Below, piece after piece: positions 30,402 to 40,727 of a DNA stretch of 64,000 nucleotides (position 1 is the first letter of the stretch; each line of letters opens with the position of its first letter). Position numbers and translations under genes: made by a program. The notes under the pieces were generated by a model, which saw nothing but the letters and a program-made list of their open reading frames with translations, had not been told where the DNA came from and ran no database searches. This DNA comes from an uncultured bacterium (GTDB taxonomy: Bacteria > Eisenbacteria > RBG-16-71-46): positions 9,142 through 73,141 of the forward strand of contig CAZIVR010000005.1 in assembly GCA_964542745.1 (NCBI GenBank), given 5' to 3'.

Positions 30402-32122
30402 CGGTGTCCTACCGGCTCTCGACCCGGCGCTTCGGCGAGCTGCTCGTGGACCGCGGCATGCTCACGGCCGACCAGCTCTCGGACGCGCTGCGCCAGCGCC
30501 AGGACCCGCGCGAGCGGCTCGGCCAGACGCTGGTGCGCCTCGGCCTCCTCGGCGAGCGCGACGTCGTGACGCTCCTCAGCGAGCAGTTCTCCCTGCCGGT
30601 CGCGGACAACGAGCGGCTCTCCAAGGCCGATCCCGCGGCGGTGCAGCTGGTGCCCGAACACCTCGCGCGACAGGCCAGCCTGCTCGCGCTCAACCGGGAC
30701 GGCGACACGCTCGAGGTGGTGGTGGGCGACCCGCTCGACGTGGTGTCGCTCGACCACCTGCGGGCGCTGACCGGCTGCACGCTCAAGGTCTGGCTCGCCC
30801 CCCCCACCGACGTGCGCGAGGCCATCCAGGAGTTCTACTCCGAGATCCGCGCCACCGAGCAGGTGGGCGCCATCCTCGACAAGCTCGACCTGTCGGGCGC
30901 GGCGGACGCGGTGGAGGACGTGGACCTCGCCGCCCTGCGCCAGCAGGTCGAGGACGCGCCGGTCGTGCGGCTCGTCAACCTGATGATCGCCGAGGCGATC
31001 GACGCGCGCGCGAGCGACATCCACGTGGAGCCGCTGCGCGACCGGCTGATGGTGCGCTTCCGCATCGACGGCGTGCTGCACGAGGTGATGAAGCCGCCGA
31101 AGAACCTGCAGATGGCGATCGTCTCGCGCATCAAGGTGCTGGCCGATCTCGACATCGCGATCCGCCTGCTCCCGCAGGACGGCCGCCTCACCGTGCACCT
31201 TCCGGACCGGGAGGTGGACATCCGCGTCTCGACGCTTCCCACCGCGTTCGGCGAGAAGACCGTGCTGCGCCTCTTCGACAAGCAGGCCTTCACGCGCGAG
31301 ACCATGAACCTCGGGCTCGAGGGCTCGGGGCTCACGGCCTTCCAGCGCGCGATCCGCCAGCCCTACGGCATGCTGCTGGTTTCGGGCCCGACCGGGAGCG
31401 GCAAGACCACGACGCTCTACTCGGCGCTCCAGGAGATCAAGTCCCCGCAGCGCAACCTGCTCACGGTCGAGGACCCGATCGAGTACCACATCGAGGGCGT
31501 GAACCAGGTGCACGCGAACCACAAGGTCGGCATGACCTTCGCGCGCGCACTGCGCTCGATCCTGCGGCAGGACCCGGACGTGATCATGCTGGGCGAGATC
31601 CGCGACGCCGAGACCGCCGACATCGCCGTGAAGAGCGCGTTGACCGGGCACCTCGTGCTCTCGACCGTGCACGCCAACGACGCGCCCGGCACCGTGACCC
31701 GCCTCGTGGACATGGGCGTGCCGCGCTACCTGGTGGGATCGGCCGTGGTGCTGGTCATGGCCCAGCGCCTCGTGCGCCGGGTCTGCGAGCGGTGCAAGGA
31801 ACTCTACCTGGCGGAGCCCGACCACGTGGCCGCGCTCGCCGAGGACGGCGAGGCGCTGGTGGGCCGCCGGCTGGCCCGCGGCCGCGGCTGCCTGGCCTGC
31901 AAGCAGACCGGATACAGCGGGCGCGTCGCGGTGTTCGAGGTGATGGAGCTCACCAAGCCGGTCCGGCGCATGGTGCTGGACGGGCTCAACGAGGACCAGA
32001 TCAAGCAGCACGCGCTCTCCGAGGGCCTCATGACGCTCCGCAAGAGCGGCATCAAGAAGATCCTCGACGGCGTGACCACGGTGGACGAGGTGCGCGCCGT
32101 GACCCTGGCGGACCAGATCTGA
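30398..32122 (+). CDS. pilB: type IV pilus assembly ATPase PilB (GspE family)
   Basis: The GTG start overlaps the pilT stop, with GGAGGG 7 nt upstream. It has an N-terminal GSPII domain, Walker A GPTGSGKTT and a tetracysteine motif CERC...CLAC. Confidence 0.9.
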   Translation: MTVSYRLSTRRFGELLVDRGMLTADQLSDALRQRQDPRERLGQTLVRLGLLGERDVVTLLSEQFSLPVADNERLSKADPAAVQLVPEHLARQASLLALNRDGDTLEVVVGDPLDVVSLDHLRALTGCTLKVWLAPPTDVREAIQEFYSEIRATEQVGAILDKLDLSGAADAVEDVDLAALRQQVEDAPVVRLVNLMIAEAIDARASDIHVEPLRDRLMVRFRIDGVLHEVMKPPKNLQMAIVSRIKVLADLDIAIRLLPQDGRLTVHLPDREVDIRVSTLPTAFGEKTVLRLFDKQAFTRETMNLGLEGSGLTAFQRAIRQPYGMLLVSGPTGSGKTTTLYSALQEIKSPQRNLLTVEDPIEYHIEGVNQVHANHKVGMTFARALRSILRQDPDVIMLGEIRDAETADIAVKSALTGHLVLSTVHANDAPGTVTRLVDMGVPRYLVGSAVVLVMAQRLVRRVCERCKELYLAEPDHVAALAEDGEALVGRRLARGRGCLACKQTGYSGRVAVFEVMELTKPVRRMVLDGLNEDQIKQHALSEGLMTLRKSGIKKILDGVTTVDEVRAVTLADQI

Positions 32123-33384
32123 TGCCCAGCTACTACTACAAGGCGCGCGACATGAGCGGCCGGCCCCAGGAAGGGGTCGAGGTCGCGGCGTCCGAGGAGG
32201 AAGTGCTCCGGATCCTCGAGAGCTCGAAGCTGGTGCCGATCACGATCGAGGCGCGGCTCCCCGGCGCCTCGCGCACCCTGGGCGGGCTGCTGGCCCGCCA
32301 GCTCTCGGACACGGTGGACCGCTGGCGCTTCTCGGTGCAGCCGGGCTCGGTGGCCCTGTTCGCGCGCCAGCTCGCCACCATGATCGGCGCCGGACTCCCG
32401 CTGGTGCGCTCGCTCCGCTCGATCGCGCGCGACCACCACGACAAGCGGGTGGGGCGCATCCTCGAGGTGGTGGCCGAGGACGTGCAGAAGGGCGAGTCGC
32501 TTTCGGCGGCGCTGGCGCGCCACCCCGCGGCGTTCGACGAGGTGTTCGTGAGCCTGGTGCACACCGGCGAGATCAGCGGCACGCTCGACCGCATCATGGA
32601 CCAGACCGCGGGCTACCTGGAGCGGGCCGAGGCCCTGCGGCTCAAGGTCGAGGCGGCGCTCCGCTACCCGAGCTTCGTGCTGACCTTCGCCGGGCTGGTG
32701 CTGGCCGCGATGGTGCTCAAGATCATCCCGATGTTCGCGGGGATCTACGACCGCTTCCGGGTTCCCCTCCCGCTGCCCACCCGGGTGCTGCTCGAGACCA
32801 GCAAGGCCATCACCGGCAACTTCCCGCTGTTCCTCGCGGCCGTGATCCTGCTGGCCCTGCTGGTCTGGTCGTGGTCCCAGACCGAGAACGGCCGTTACTG
32901 GCTCGACCGGGCCAAGTTCCGCATGCCCCTGTTCGGGCCGCTCATTCGGATGTACGCTATTGCCAAGTTCGCCCGCACCCTGAGCATCCTGACCGCGAGC
33001 GGGACGCAGATCCTGTACTCGCTCAAGGTGATGCGCCCGGTGCCGGGGAACAAGGTCTTGGAGCGCGGGATCGACGCGGTGCGGACCCGGGTGGAGCAGG
33101 GAGTGTCCCTGTCCCGGGCCATGACCGAGTCGGCCGCGTTTCCCGAAATGCTGGTGCAGATGACGGCGACCGGCGAGGAGACCGGCCAGCTGGAGACCAT
33201 GCTCGGCCGCACCGCCGACTTCTACGAGCAGCGGGTGAGCGCGGCCGTGGACGGGCTCAGCTCGCTGGTCGAGCCGATCGCGATCGTGGTGCTCGGCGGC
33301 ATGGTGGGCATCATGCTGCTGGCGCTGTACCTGCCGATCTTCAACCTCGGCCAGGCCATGCGGTCCGGCCTGCTGGGGGGATAG
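32122..33384 (+). CDS. pilC: type IV pilus inner-membrane platform protein PilC (GspF family)
   Basis: The start is MPSYYYKARDMSG and there are two GspF repeats. It has a TGATG overlap with pilB. Confidence 0.9.
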   Translation: MPSYYYKARDMSGRPQEGVEVAASEEEVLRILESSKLVPITIEARLPGASRTLGGLLARQLSDTVDRWRFSVQPGSVALFARQLATMIGAGLPLVRSLRSIARDHHDKRVGRILEVVAEDVQKGESLSAALARHPAAFDEVFVSLVHTGEISGTLDRIMDQTAGYLERAEALRLKVEAALRYPSFVLTFAGLVLAAMVLKIIPMFAGIYDRFRVPLPLPTRVLLETSKAITGNFPLFLAAVILLALLVWSWSQTENGRYWLDRAKFRMPLFGPLIRMYAIAKFARTLSILTASGTQILYSLKVMRPVPGNKVLERGIDAVRTRVEQGVSLSRAMTESAAFPEMLVQMTATGEETGQLETMLGRTADFYEQRVSAAVDGLSSLVEPIAIVVLGGMVGIMLLALYLPIFNLGQAMRSGLLGG

Positions 33385-33405
33385 GCTCCGCCACGGAACG
33401 GAGCC
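33384..33405 (+). terminator. hairpin after pilC (GGCTCCG-ccacggaa-CGGAGCC)
   Basis: It is a 7-bp perfect stem immediately after the pilC stop. A ~180-nt spacer precedes pilA, which suggests partial termination and a separate pilA promoter. Confidence 0.4.
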
Positions 33406-33582
33406 GGGCCCGGTCCGCACGGACGGATCGGGGGCTGGACGAGGACCCGCCGCACGAGACGGCGGGGCGCGGGGCGCGTCGCACGAGCGGCGCGCCGGGA
33501 GCGCGAGGGAACAGGCGGACCCCGCGGGGACTCCGCAGTGGATTCGAAGCAGGAGCCGGAACCCGAACAGGAGACAAGCTCG

Positions 33583-33981
33583 ATGGAGAAGCGCAGAGAC
33601 GAACGCGGCTTCACGCTGATGGAGCTCATGGTGGTGATCGTGATCGTCGCGATCCTCGCGGCGGTGGCGGTGCCCCTCTACATCAACTACGTGAAGGACG
33701 CGCAGCGCACCGAGGCCAAGGGCGCGATCGGAGCGATCGTGAGCGCCCAGCAGGTGCACTACCAGAAGACCGGCGGACTCGGCACGGCCACCTACGCGGA
33801 CCTCACGACGCTGGAGGCCGCGAAGGAGATCGACCTGACCGAGGTGAAGGGCAAGTGGACGTTCACGATCACGCTCGTGAACCCCGACTCCTTCACGGTC
33901 AACGCGACCAGCATCGCGGACGCGAACCTCAAGGTGGACTACGCCCACGGCCGCGTGGCGGGCGGGAAGTTCTCCCCGTAG
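33583..33981 (+). CDS. pilA: type IV major pilin (prepilin with class III signal, G|FTLMELMVV)
   Basis: It has a leader MEKRRDERG followed by FTLMELMVVIVIVAILAAVAVP. Confidence 0.8.
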   Translation: MEKRRDERGFTLMELMVVIVIVAILAAVAVPLYINYVKDAQRTEAKGAIGAIVSAQQVHYQKTGGLGTATYADLTTLEAAKEIDLTEVKGKWTFTITLVNPDSFTVNATSIADANLKVDYAHGRVAGGKFSP

Positions 33982-33994
33982 CGCCCCGTTCGCG

Positions 33995-34522
33995 GTGAAG
34001 TTCCGATTCGGGCTCCGTCGAGCGCCCGCACCGCCGCGCGTCCCGGGCGGTGCGGGAACTCGTTTCACCCGCCGGCGCCCCGCGGGGAGCGGGACCCGCG
34101 GTGGCGGCTTCGCGCGCGACGAGCGCGGCATCGGGCTGTTCGAGGTGATGGCCGGCACGCTGGTGGCCACGCTCGCGGTGCTGGGGCTCGCCTACTCGTT
34201 CGGGATCGGACGGGCGCTGATCGATCGGTACCAGGTGGCGCGCGTCGCGCTCGGGCGCGCCCAGTTCCTGGTGGACTCGCTGGTCACCCAGAGCCCCTCT
34301 GCCCTCGTGAACGGCACCGAGCCCTTCTGGGTCGAGAGCCTCCAGGCCGGCACCACCGTGTGGACCGTGGGCTGGGTGGACGACCCGGCCGACCGGCTCG
34401 CGGGCTCCGCCCCCCCCGATCCCACGCCCAACGACATGAAGCGAATCTCGGTCGAGGTCCGCTGGCGGCTGGGCGGAAGGCCCGACACGCTTCGGATGTC
34501 GCGGCTGGTGCTCGGGACATGA
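33995..34522 (+). CDS. minor pilin / pseudopilin (PilV-like; prepilin N-terminal motif G|IGLFEVMAG)
   Basis: It has a hydrophobic N-terminal helix preceded by a long Arg-rich leader. The start codon is uncertain; there is no in-frame start closer to the motif. Confidence 0.55.
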   Translation: MKFRFGLRRAPAPPRVPGGAGTRFTRRRPAGSGTRGGGFARDERGIGLFEVMAGTLVATLAVLGLAYSFGIGRALIDRYQVARVALGRAQFLVDSLVTQSPSALVNGTEPFWVESLQAGTTVWTVGWVDDPADRLAGSAPPDPTPNDMKRISVEVRWRLGGRPDTLRMSRLVLGT

Positions 34523-35031
34523 CGACCGCCGGCGGCCTCCTCGCCGCGTCACGCGTCGCGAACTCGCGCCGCGGCGAGCGCGGGATCACGCTGGTCGAGG
34601 TGGTCGTGGTGGGCGTGCTCGCGGCCATCGTGATGCTCGCGCTGACGGGCTTCTACATCAGCTCGCAGGGCACCTGGATCGACGCCTCGACCCAGGTGGT
34701 GACGCAGCGCGAGGCCTCGCTGGTGCTCGAGACCATCGCCGACAGCGTCCATGCGTCGAACAGCGCGACGGTGAACGCCGGGACCCGCACGCTCATCCTG
34801 CTCGACTCGGGAGGCTTGGAGAAGTGCCGGTTCTGGCTCAACCCGTCCGACTCGCTGATCCACGTCGGGCGCGGGACCCTCGTGGACTGGGGGCCGATGG
34901 CGAACTCGCGGGTGAGCCGCTTCGATCTCGCCGCCACCGCCACGCGCGTCCACGTGCTGGCGCTCCAGATGCGCTCGGCCAACGGGCGGGTCGTGACGAT
35001 GTCCGGCGGGGCGGCGTTCTACAACCGATGA
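34519..35031 (+). CDS. minor pilin / pseudopilin (prepilin motif G|ITLVEVVVVGVLAAIVMLAL)
   Basis: It has an ATGA overlap with the upstream gene and a class III signal. Confidence 0.65.
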   Translation: MTTAGGLLAASRVANSRRGERGITLVEVVVVGVLAAIVMLALTGFYISSQGTWIDASTQVVTQREASLVLETIADSVHASNSATVNAGTRTLILLDSGGLEKCRFWLNPSDSLIHVGRGTLVDWGPMANSRVSRFDLAATATRVHVLALQMRSANGRVVTMSGGAAFYNR

Positions 35032-36278
35032 GCGCGCCCCGCCCCCCCGCTCCCACACCGGGCCGTTCGCGCGGGTTCGTGCTGGTCGGCGTGATCATCA
35101 TGGTGCTGGCGCTCACCATCCTGGGGCTCTCGCTCTTCAGCCTGTCGAGCTTCGAGGCCCAGTTCATGCACCGCTCGCTCGACGGGGAGCGGGCGCTCCA
35201 GTACGCGATGGGCGGCCTCGACCGGGCGCGCTTCACGCTCACGGTGACGCCCGAGAGCCTCGCCAACGTGAAGCGCAACCTCCCCTACGAGAACGTGACC
35301 TACGCGCGGGCCACCCAGCTCAAGCCGGGCCCCTTCGTGGACTCGATGGGCGTGCTGATCGCGTCGGGGAACGACGTCGAGATCCTCGTGCAGGCCGAGT
35401 ACCGCGGGGTCAAGCGGCGCGTGCAGGGCAGCTACCAGCCGGTGTCCCAGACCAACTACTACAAGCGGCTCCTCTCGATCGCCGCCGGCGGAATTGACGT
35501 GAACAACAAGGTGGGCGCCGCCGGGGCCGATGCGCAGCACACCGTCGTCCTCACCGACTCGATCTGGCAGAACAACGCGAGCCTCGGCTGGCAACCCAAG
35601 GCCGCCCCGATCCCTCCCGCCAACTATGGTGTCAATCGCCGTTACGTGCCGGTGCCCGCGGTGCTGTCGTTCATCACCGCCAAGTCGCCGGGCGCGGCGA
35701 ACGTGCCTCACGGCAACCCGGTCTACAACCTGCTGGGCCCGTCCGGGACGGTGACCTACTGGCGCACCGACAATCCCGCGCCGACCTATCCGTGGCGCTT
35801 CTCGACCTATTACGTCAACGACGCGACCATCAACGTCACCGGCCTCGCGGTGTGGCTGCTCCCCAAAGGGGCGCGTTTCGACGGCGAGGTCACGATCAAC
35901 GGCAACCCGGCCAGCGACATGCTCGTGATCGTGGCCCGCGACGGACTCGACCAGGGGTACAACATTCCCTGCGCGATCTGGTTCTTCGGCGGGCTGCGCG
36001 CCAACATTCCGCTGGTGCTGGTGAGCGACGGCGCGGTCAAGATCGAGCACTTCAACCGGCCCGGGGGGCGAACCACGGCCCCGAACGTCTCGATCTTCGC
36101 CAACTCGCTCCTGCTGACGGGTCCCTCGGTCGCCTCCGGAAACACCATGAACCTCACCTACGGCGCCGGGGTCATGGACGCGCGCATCGACCAGCTCATG
36201 TCGTTCGGCGCGCTCCCCAACGCGGTGTCGTCCGCGCCCTTCGCCCTCCGCCCCGGAACGTGGCGCATTCTGCAGTAA
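35028..36278 (+). CDS. PilX-like minor pilin / pilus tip-associated protein
   Basis: It has a PilX N-terminal motif (RSRGFVLVGVIIMVLALTILGLSLFSLSS) and is 416 aa. It has an ATGA overlap with the upstream gene. Confidence 0.6.
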   Translation: MSAPRPPAPTPGRSRGFVLVGVIIMVLALTILGLSLFSLSSFEAQFMHRSLDGERALQYAMGGLDRARFTLTVTPESLANVKRNLPYENVTYARATQLKPGPFVDSMGVLIASGNDVEILVQAEYRGVKRRVQGSYQPVSQTNYYKRLLSIAAGGIDVNNKVGAAGADAQHTVVLTDSIWQNNASLGWQPKAAPIPPANYGVNRRYVPVPAVLSFITAKSPGAANVPHGNPVYNLLGPSGTVTYWRTDNPAPTYPWRFSTYYVNDATINVTGLAVWLLPKGARFDGEVTINGNPASDMLVIVARDGLDQGYNIPCAIWFFGGLRANIPLVLVSDGAVKIEHFNRPGGRTTAPNVSIFANSLLLTGPSVASGNTMNLTYGAGVMDARIDQLMSFGALPNAVSSAPFALRPGTWRILQ

Positions 36279-36297
36279 TGCCTTACTACTCCCGGTC

Positions 36298-37347
36298 ATG
36301 AGAGCAGGGATCCGCTCCCGGCCGTGGGTCGGGCTCGACGTGGGGAGCTTCAGCGTCAAGGCCTACGCGACGCAGCCGGCCGGCAACCCCCGGCAATTGA
36401 CCGGAGAGGCCGTGCTGCCGCCGGCCGATTCCGACCGGCCGCACCCCACCGACGTGATGGCGCAGGCGATCGCCGGGTGCCTCGAACGCGCGGGGATCCC
36501 GGCGCGCGGGATGCGCGGGCTCACACTCGGGGTCTCGGGCGCGGACGTGATCGTCAAGCAGATCTCCCTGCCGCTGCTGGACGAGTCGGAGGTCGGCCCC
36601 GCGCTCCGCTTCGAGGCGCGCAAGCATCTCCCCTTCGATCCCCAGACCATGACCATCGACTTCCAGATCCTCGGGCGCTTCCCGAGCGAGAAGCGCCTCG
36701 ACGTGCTGCTGGCGGCGGTCTCCAACGACCGCCTGCAGCGCCTGATGGCCCCGCTCCAGGCGCTGGGCCTCGAGCCGGACGTGGTGGACGCCACGCCGCT
36801 CGCGCTCACCAACGCGGTCGCGCACCAGCTTTCCGACCGGCGCGAGCCCGCGATCCTGCTCGACATCGGCCACCGCGCCTCGCACCTCACGCTCTACCAG
36901 AAGGGCGAGCCGTACTTCTCGCGCCGGCTCGAGTTCGGCGGCCGCTCGATCACGAACGCCATCGCGCGCGCCACGCGCGTGCCCTTCGAGGAGGCCGAGG
37001 AGTGGAAGCTCGCGGCCGGCTCCGACGAGCCGGGGCTCCGGGTGGACTGGAACTCTCCCGAGCTGGAGGCCACGCTCGAGTGCCTGCGGATCGAGCTGGT
37101 GGACGAGCTGCTGCGCTCGTTCGCCTTCTACCGCACGCTGGGGCGGCTGCCGGATCCGCTCCGGATCTCGATCTCGGGCGGCTCGGCGCGCCTGCCCGGG
37201 CTCTCGATCCGGCTCGCCGACCTGCTCGGGCACCCGGTTTCCCTCTTCAACCCGCTCGACGACGGATCGCCCTCGGGCGAGGCCCGGCCGCTCACCGGCG
37301 GCCCCCAGTTCGCGCAGGCCTATGGCCTCGCGCTGAGGGCCGCCTGA
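36298..37347 (+). CDS. pilM: type IV pilus assembly protein PilM (actin-like ATPase fold)
   Basis: It has VGLDVGSFSVKAY and an FtsA-like fold, and is 349 aa. Confidence 0.85.
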   Translation: MRAGIRSRPWVGLDVGSFSVKAYATQPAGNPRQLTGEAVLPPADSDRPHPTDVMAQAIAGCLERAGIPARGMRGLTLGVSGADVIVKQISLPLLDESEVGPALRFEARKHLPFDPQTMTIDFQILGRFPSEKRLDVLLAAVSNDRLQRLMAPLQALGLEPDVVDATPLALTNAVAHQLSDRREPAILLDIGHRASHLTLYQKGEPYFSRRLEFGGRSITNAIARATRVPFEEAEEWKLAAGSDEPGLRVDWNSPELEATLECLRIELVDELLRSFAFYRTLGRLPDPLRISISGGSARLPGLSIRLADLLGHPVSLFNPLDDGSPSGEARPLTGGPQFAQAYGLALRAA

Positions 37348-37928
37348 TGAGCCCGGTTTTCACGGTCAACTTCCGGCGCGAGGCCTTCCAGCGCGAGCGC
37401 GCCCGCAGCCGGGCGCGCGTGATCTCGCTCGGCGTCTGGCTCAGCTACTTCGGCGCGCTGGTCGTGGTGTTCGGCCTCTACGGCCTCAACTTCGTCACGC
37501 TCACGCGGCGCACCGGCGTGGTCGAGCGGCAGGCCGCCTCGCTGCGCGCGACCCGGACCGACCCGACGGACTGGTCCCGGCAGACGGCCGAGATGGCCAT
37601 GCTCGAGCGCGGGGTCGCCGACAGCCGCCGGTGGCGCGAGCGGCTCGAGCGGCTGGCCGCGGCCCTGCCCGCCAACGCGCGGCTCACCGCGATCGAGTTC
37701 AACCCGGCCGGGATCTCGGGGGGCACCGACTGGAACCGGCTGGTGCTCACCGGGGTGCTCAAGGCCGCGCCCGACCAGGACCGCATGCGCGGCGTGGCGG
37801 AGCTTGTCTCCACGCTGCAGCGCGACTCGGTGCTGTCCCGCCACTTCGGCGCGATCCGGCTCGCCAGCACCGGCATCACCGAGACCTCGGGCTCGACCGC
37901 CGACTTCGTGATCGAGTGCCGGCCGTGA
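37347..37928 (+). CDS. pilN: PilN-like inner membrane protein
   Basis: It has a single TM after a short cytoplasmic N-terminus and a TGATG overlap with pilM. Confidence 0.7.
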   Translation: MSPVFTVNFRREAFQRERARSRARVISLGVWLSYFGALVVVFGLYGLNFVTLTRRTGVVERQAASLRATRTDPTDWSRQTAEMAMLERGVADSRRWRERLERLAAALPANARLTAIEFNPAGISGGTDWNRLVLTGVLKAAPDQDRMRGVAELVSTLQRDSVLSRHFGAIRLASTGITETSGSTADFVIECRP

Positions 37929-38485
37929 ACCCGCTCCTGATCGCGGCGTTCCGGCGGCACTGGCGGGTGGCGGGCGCCCTGCTCGCCTTCGCGATCTTCA
38001 CCGTGATCCACCTCGCCTTCTTCCGTCCCGCCTCCGAGCGTTACCGCAGGGCCCTCGCGAGCGTGGGCGGCATCGAGGCCGTCTTCAATCCGGGCGGCTC
38101 GCGCCCGATGCTGCCCCCGCGCGTGTTCGCGCTGATCGCCGACAACTCGCTCTCGTCGCAGGACGCCCTCGAACGCGGCGGCTCCGGAGCGCTCGGCGTG
38201 ATCCTCCTCGAGGAGCTGGGCCGCGTCGCCGAGCAGGCCGGCGTGCGCATCGCCTCCTCGGAACCGGGTGCGGTCACGCAGGAGCCGCTCACCACGCAGG
38301 TGCGGGCCCACCTCGTGCTGCGCGGCCGCTACGCCGACCTGGTCGGGTTCTTCGACGGGATCTCGCGGTCGGAATCGCTGGTCCTCGTCGAGCGGTTCTC
38401 GATCAAGCCGCTCGAGGACGGCTCCGACGTGATGGAGCTCTGGGTCTCGCGCCTCTACCTCAAGCAGCCGGGGACGACGCCGTGA
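37925..38485 (+). CDS. pilO: PilO-like inner membrane protein
   Basis: The GTG start overlaps the pilN stop. It has a single TM (AGALLAFAIFTVIHLAFF). Confidence 0.6.
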   Translation: MNPLLIAAFRRHWRVAGALLAFAIFTVIHLAFFRPASERYRRALASVGGIEAVFNPGGSRPMLPPRVFALIADNSLSSQDALERGGSGALGVILLEELGRVAEQAGVRIASSEPGAVTQEPLTTQVRAHLVLRGRYADLVGFFDGISRSESLVLVERFSIKPLEDGSDVMELWVSRLYLKQPGTTP

Positions 38486-38970
38486 AGCTCGAGCCCCGCC
38501 ACGTGGTCCCGCCGCTCGCGGCCGCCCTCGTCTTCGCGCTCATCCTCACGCAGACCCGCGAGGCGCTGCAGCTCTCGGGCGCGTGGCGTCGGGCGAGTGC
38601 CGCGGCCGCGCGCGCCCCGAGCCCGTTCGCGGGCCTCGACGCGCTGCTCGCCGCGGTCCCCCCGCCGCGCGCCCCGCTCCCCCGCGACCCCTTCCGCAGC
38701 GGGAGCCCGGCGCCGCCCGTGGCCTCAGGGCCGGTCCGGCCCGCGCCGCCGCGCCGGCCCGCGCCGCCCCCGCAGCCGGTGCTGACCTCGATCGTCTTCG
38801 ACGCCGACCCGCGCGCCACCGTGCGCTGGAACGGCCGCGATTATTCCGTGAGGGCGGGAGCCCTCTTTGCCGATTTCCGAGTCACGAGCATCGCCCGGGA
38901 CCAGGTGGTCCTGGACCACGGGGGAGAAACCGTGGTCCTGCGCCTGCCCCAGAGAGGAGAAACCCCGTGA
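38482..38970 (+). CDS. pilP: PilP-like protein
   Basis: The GTG start overlaps the pilO stop. It has an N-terminal TM/lipoprotein-like segment, a Pro-rich linker and a C-terminal beta domain. Confidence 0.5.
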   Translation: MKLEPRHVVPPLAAALVFALILTQTREALQLSGAWRRASAAAARAPSPFAGLDALLAAVPPPRAPLPRDPFRSGSPAPPVASGPVRPAPPRRPAPPPQPVLTSIVFDADPRATVRWNGRDYSVRAGALFADFRVTSIARDQVVLDHGGETVVLRLPQRGETP

Positions 38971-40232
38971 AGGGATTCGTCACGATCACGCGCGGCCTGG
39001 TGGCCGCGTTCGCGCTGGTGGCCCTGGCCGCCGCACCCGGCCCCGTCGAGGGCGCCCTCGACCGCAGGATCACGCTCGACGCGGAGGACGCGAGCCTCTC
39101 CAGCGTCCTCAAGATCCTCGCCGAGAAGGGCGACCTCAACATCATCACGGGCCCCGGCGTCACGGTGGGGCGCATCAGCATCCACATGCGCGACGTGCCG
39201 ATCGAGCAGGCGGTGAACCTGGTGGTGCGCGCCGCCGGCCTCGCCTACGAGCGCATCGGCAACTCGATCCTGGTCGCGGACTCGAAGTCGCTGAAGGAGG
39301 AGACCGGGCTCTCCTCGTACGTGGTGCCGCTCAAGTTCGCGCGCGCCGACGACGTGAAGACGGCGCTCTCCAACTTGCAGGCGCAGGTGCAGGTGGACCA
39401 GAGCGGGAACCGGCTGATCGTGGTGACCAGCCCGCGCGTGCTCTCCGAGATCCACGAGATCGTCGCCGAGCTCGACCAGCCGGCCCGCCAGGTGATGCTC
39501 GAGGCCCGCATCGTCGAGGTCTCGACCGACGACGCCAAGCGGCTCGGCGTGGACTGGGACCTCCTCAACCGGCAGGGCTTCGTGATCGTCGAGGGCAACC
39601 CCGCCTCGTCGCCCCCCGGGCAGCTGCCCGCCAACCTGCCGTTCGTGCCGAACCCGGCCAAGGGGGACGACCTCGTCAGGTTCCAGTCGTTCAGCCGGCA
39701 GGCCAAGGCCTTCCAGGCCGCGATCGACATGCTGATCTCCGAGGGCAACGCCCGGGTGCTGGCCAACCCGAAGCTCGCGACCCTGAACGGCCACGAGGCG
39801 AACATCCTGGTGGGCGCGCGCATCCCCTTCGTGATCCAGGGCACGACGTTCGCGGGCGGCGGCGCGGCCCAGACCCAGCAGATCGAGCGCGAGGAGGTGG
39901 GCGTCAAGCTGCGCATCACCCCGCTCATCAACGCCGACGGCTACATCACGACCAAGATCGAGCCCGAGGTCAGCTCCGCGACCTTCCGCGGCGAGAGCGA
40001 CCTGCCGGTCGTGAACACGCGGCAGGCCTCGACCACCGTGCGGCTCAAGGACGGCAACTCCGTGATCATCGGGGGCCTGCTGAGCGAGGAGAAGACCACC
40101 AACGTCACCAAGGTCCCGATCCTCGGCTCGATTCCCGGGCTCGGGCTGCTGTTCCAGCACCACAGCATCACCTCGAGCAAGAAGGACCTGGTGATCGAGG
40201 TGACGCCGCGCATCCTTCCGGAGCAGCAGTAG
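38967..40232 (+). CDS. pilQ: type IV pilus secretin PilQ (short form)
   Basis: The GTG start overlaps the pilP stop. It has a signal peptide and a secretin domain (VLANPKLATLNGHEANILVG...IGGLLSEEKTTNVTKVPILGSIPGLGLLF). Confidence 0.8.
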   Translation: MKGFVTITRGLVAAFALVALAAAPGPVEGALDRRITLDAEDASLSSVLKILAEKGDLNIITGPGVTVGRISIHMRDVPIEQAVNLVVRAAGLAYERIGNSILVADSKSLKEETGLSSYVVPLKFARADDVKTALSNLQAQVQVDQSGNRLIVVTSPRVLSEIHEIVAELDQPARQVMLEARIVEVSTDDAKRLGVDWDLLNRQGFVIVEGNPASSPPGQLPANLPFVPNPAKGDDLVRFQSFSRQAKAFQAAIDMLISEGNARVLANPKLATLNGHEANILVGARIPFVIQGTTFAGGGAAQTQQIEREEVGVKLRITPLINADGYITTKIEPEVSSATFRGESDLPVVNTRQASTTVRLKDGNSVIIGGLLSEEKTTNVTKVPILGSIPGLGLLFQHHSITSSKKDLVIEVTPRILPEQQ

Positions 40233-40266
40233 GGCCGGCGCGGCCGGCCGGCGCCCGGGGGCGGCG

Positions 40267-40587
40267 TCAGATCCCGGGCACTCCGTGGACGGTGATCACG
40301 CCCGCGATCCAGCCCAGCCACTGCCCCACCGCGACGGTGATCGCGAGCGCCACGATCACGAGCCCGGCGCCCGCCAGCACCGGCGTGGTCGCCCGGTAGT
40401 GGTGCAGGCGCCAGATCAGGAAGGGAACGGCGAGACCCTTGAGCGCGACGAACACGAGCCAGTGGTGGTGGGCCAGCTCGGCGAGGAGCGGGTTGCCCTC
40501 GCGGTTGCCGAACAGGTGGATGCCGAACGTGGTGGCGAGGAGGTCGAAGCTGTTGGCGACGATGGCGACGAAGAGCAACGTGCGCAT
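40267..40587 (-). CDS. small integral membrane protein, unknown function
   Basis: It is 106 aa with 3-4 TM helices and is non-Arg-rich. It is convergent with pilQ and adjacent to pilD. Confidence 0.45.
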   Translation of the reverse strand: MRTLLFVAIVANSFDLLATTFGIHLFGNREGNPLLAELAHHHWLVFVALKGLAVPFLIWRLHHYRATTPVLAGAGLVIVALAITVAVGQWLGWIAGVITVHGVPGI

Positions 40588-40727
40588 GGAGCACCGGGAT
40601 CGGGTCGTGGGTGGTCGCGTTCTCGCGCCCGGAGCTTGCCAGAGCCCCTCGCGCCGGGCAACGAAATGTTGAGCGCGCCCGGCGTCGCGACGCCTCCCGC
40701 CGGTCCCGCGCCCGGCCCGGGGGCCCG

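Noticed and set aside
33406-33582. Possible sigma54 (-24/-12) promoter for pilA
   Set aside because: The closest match (TGGACG-N4-CCCGC) lacks the conserved GC of the -12 element, so it cannot be supported from sequence alone.
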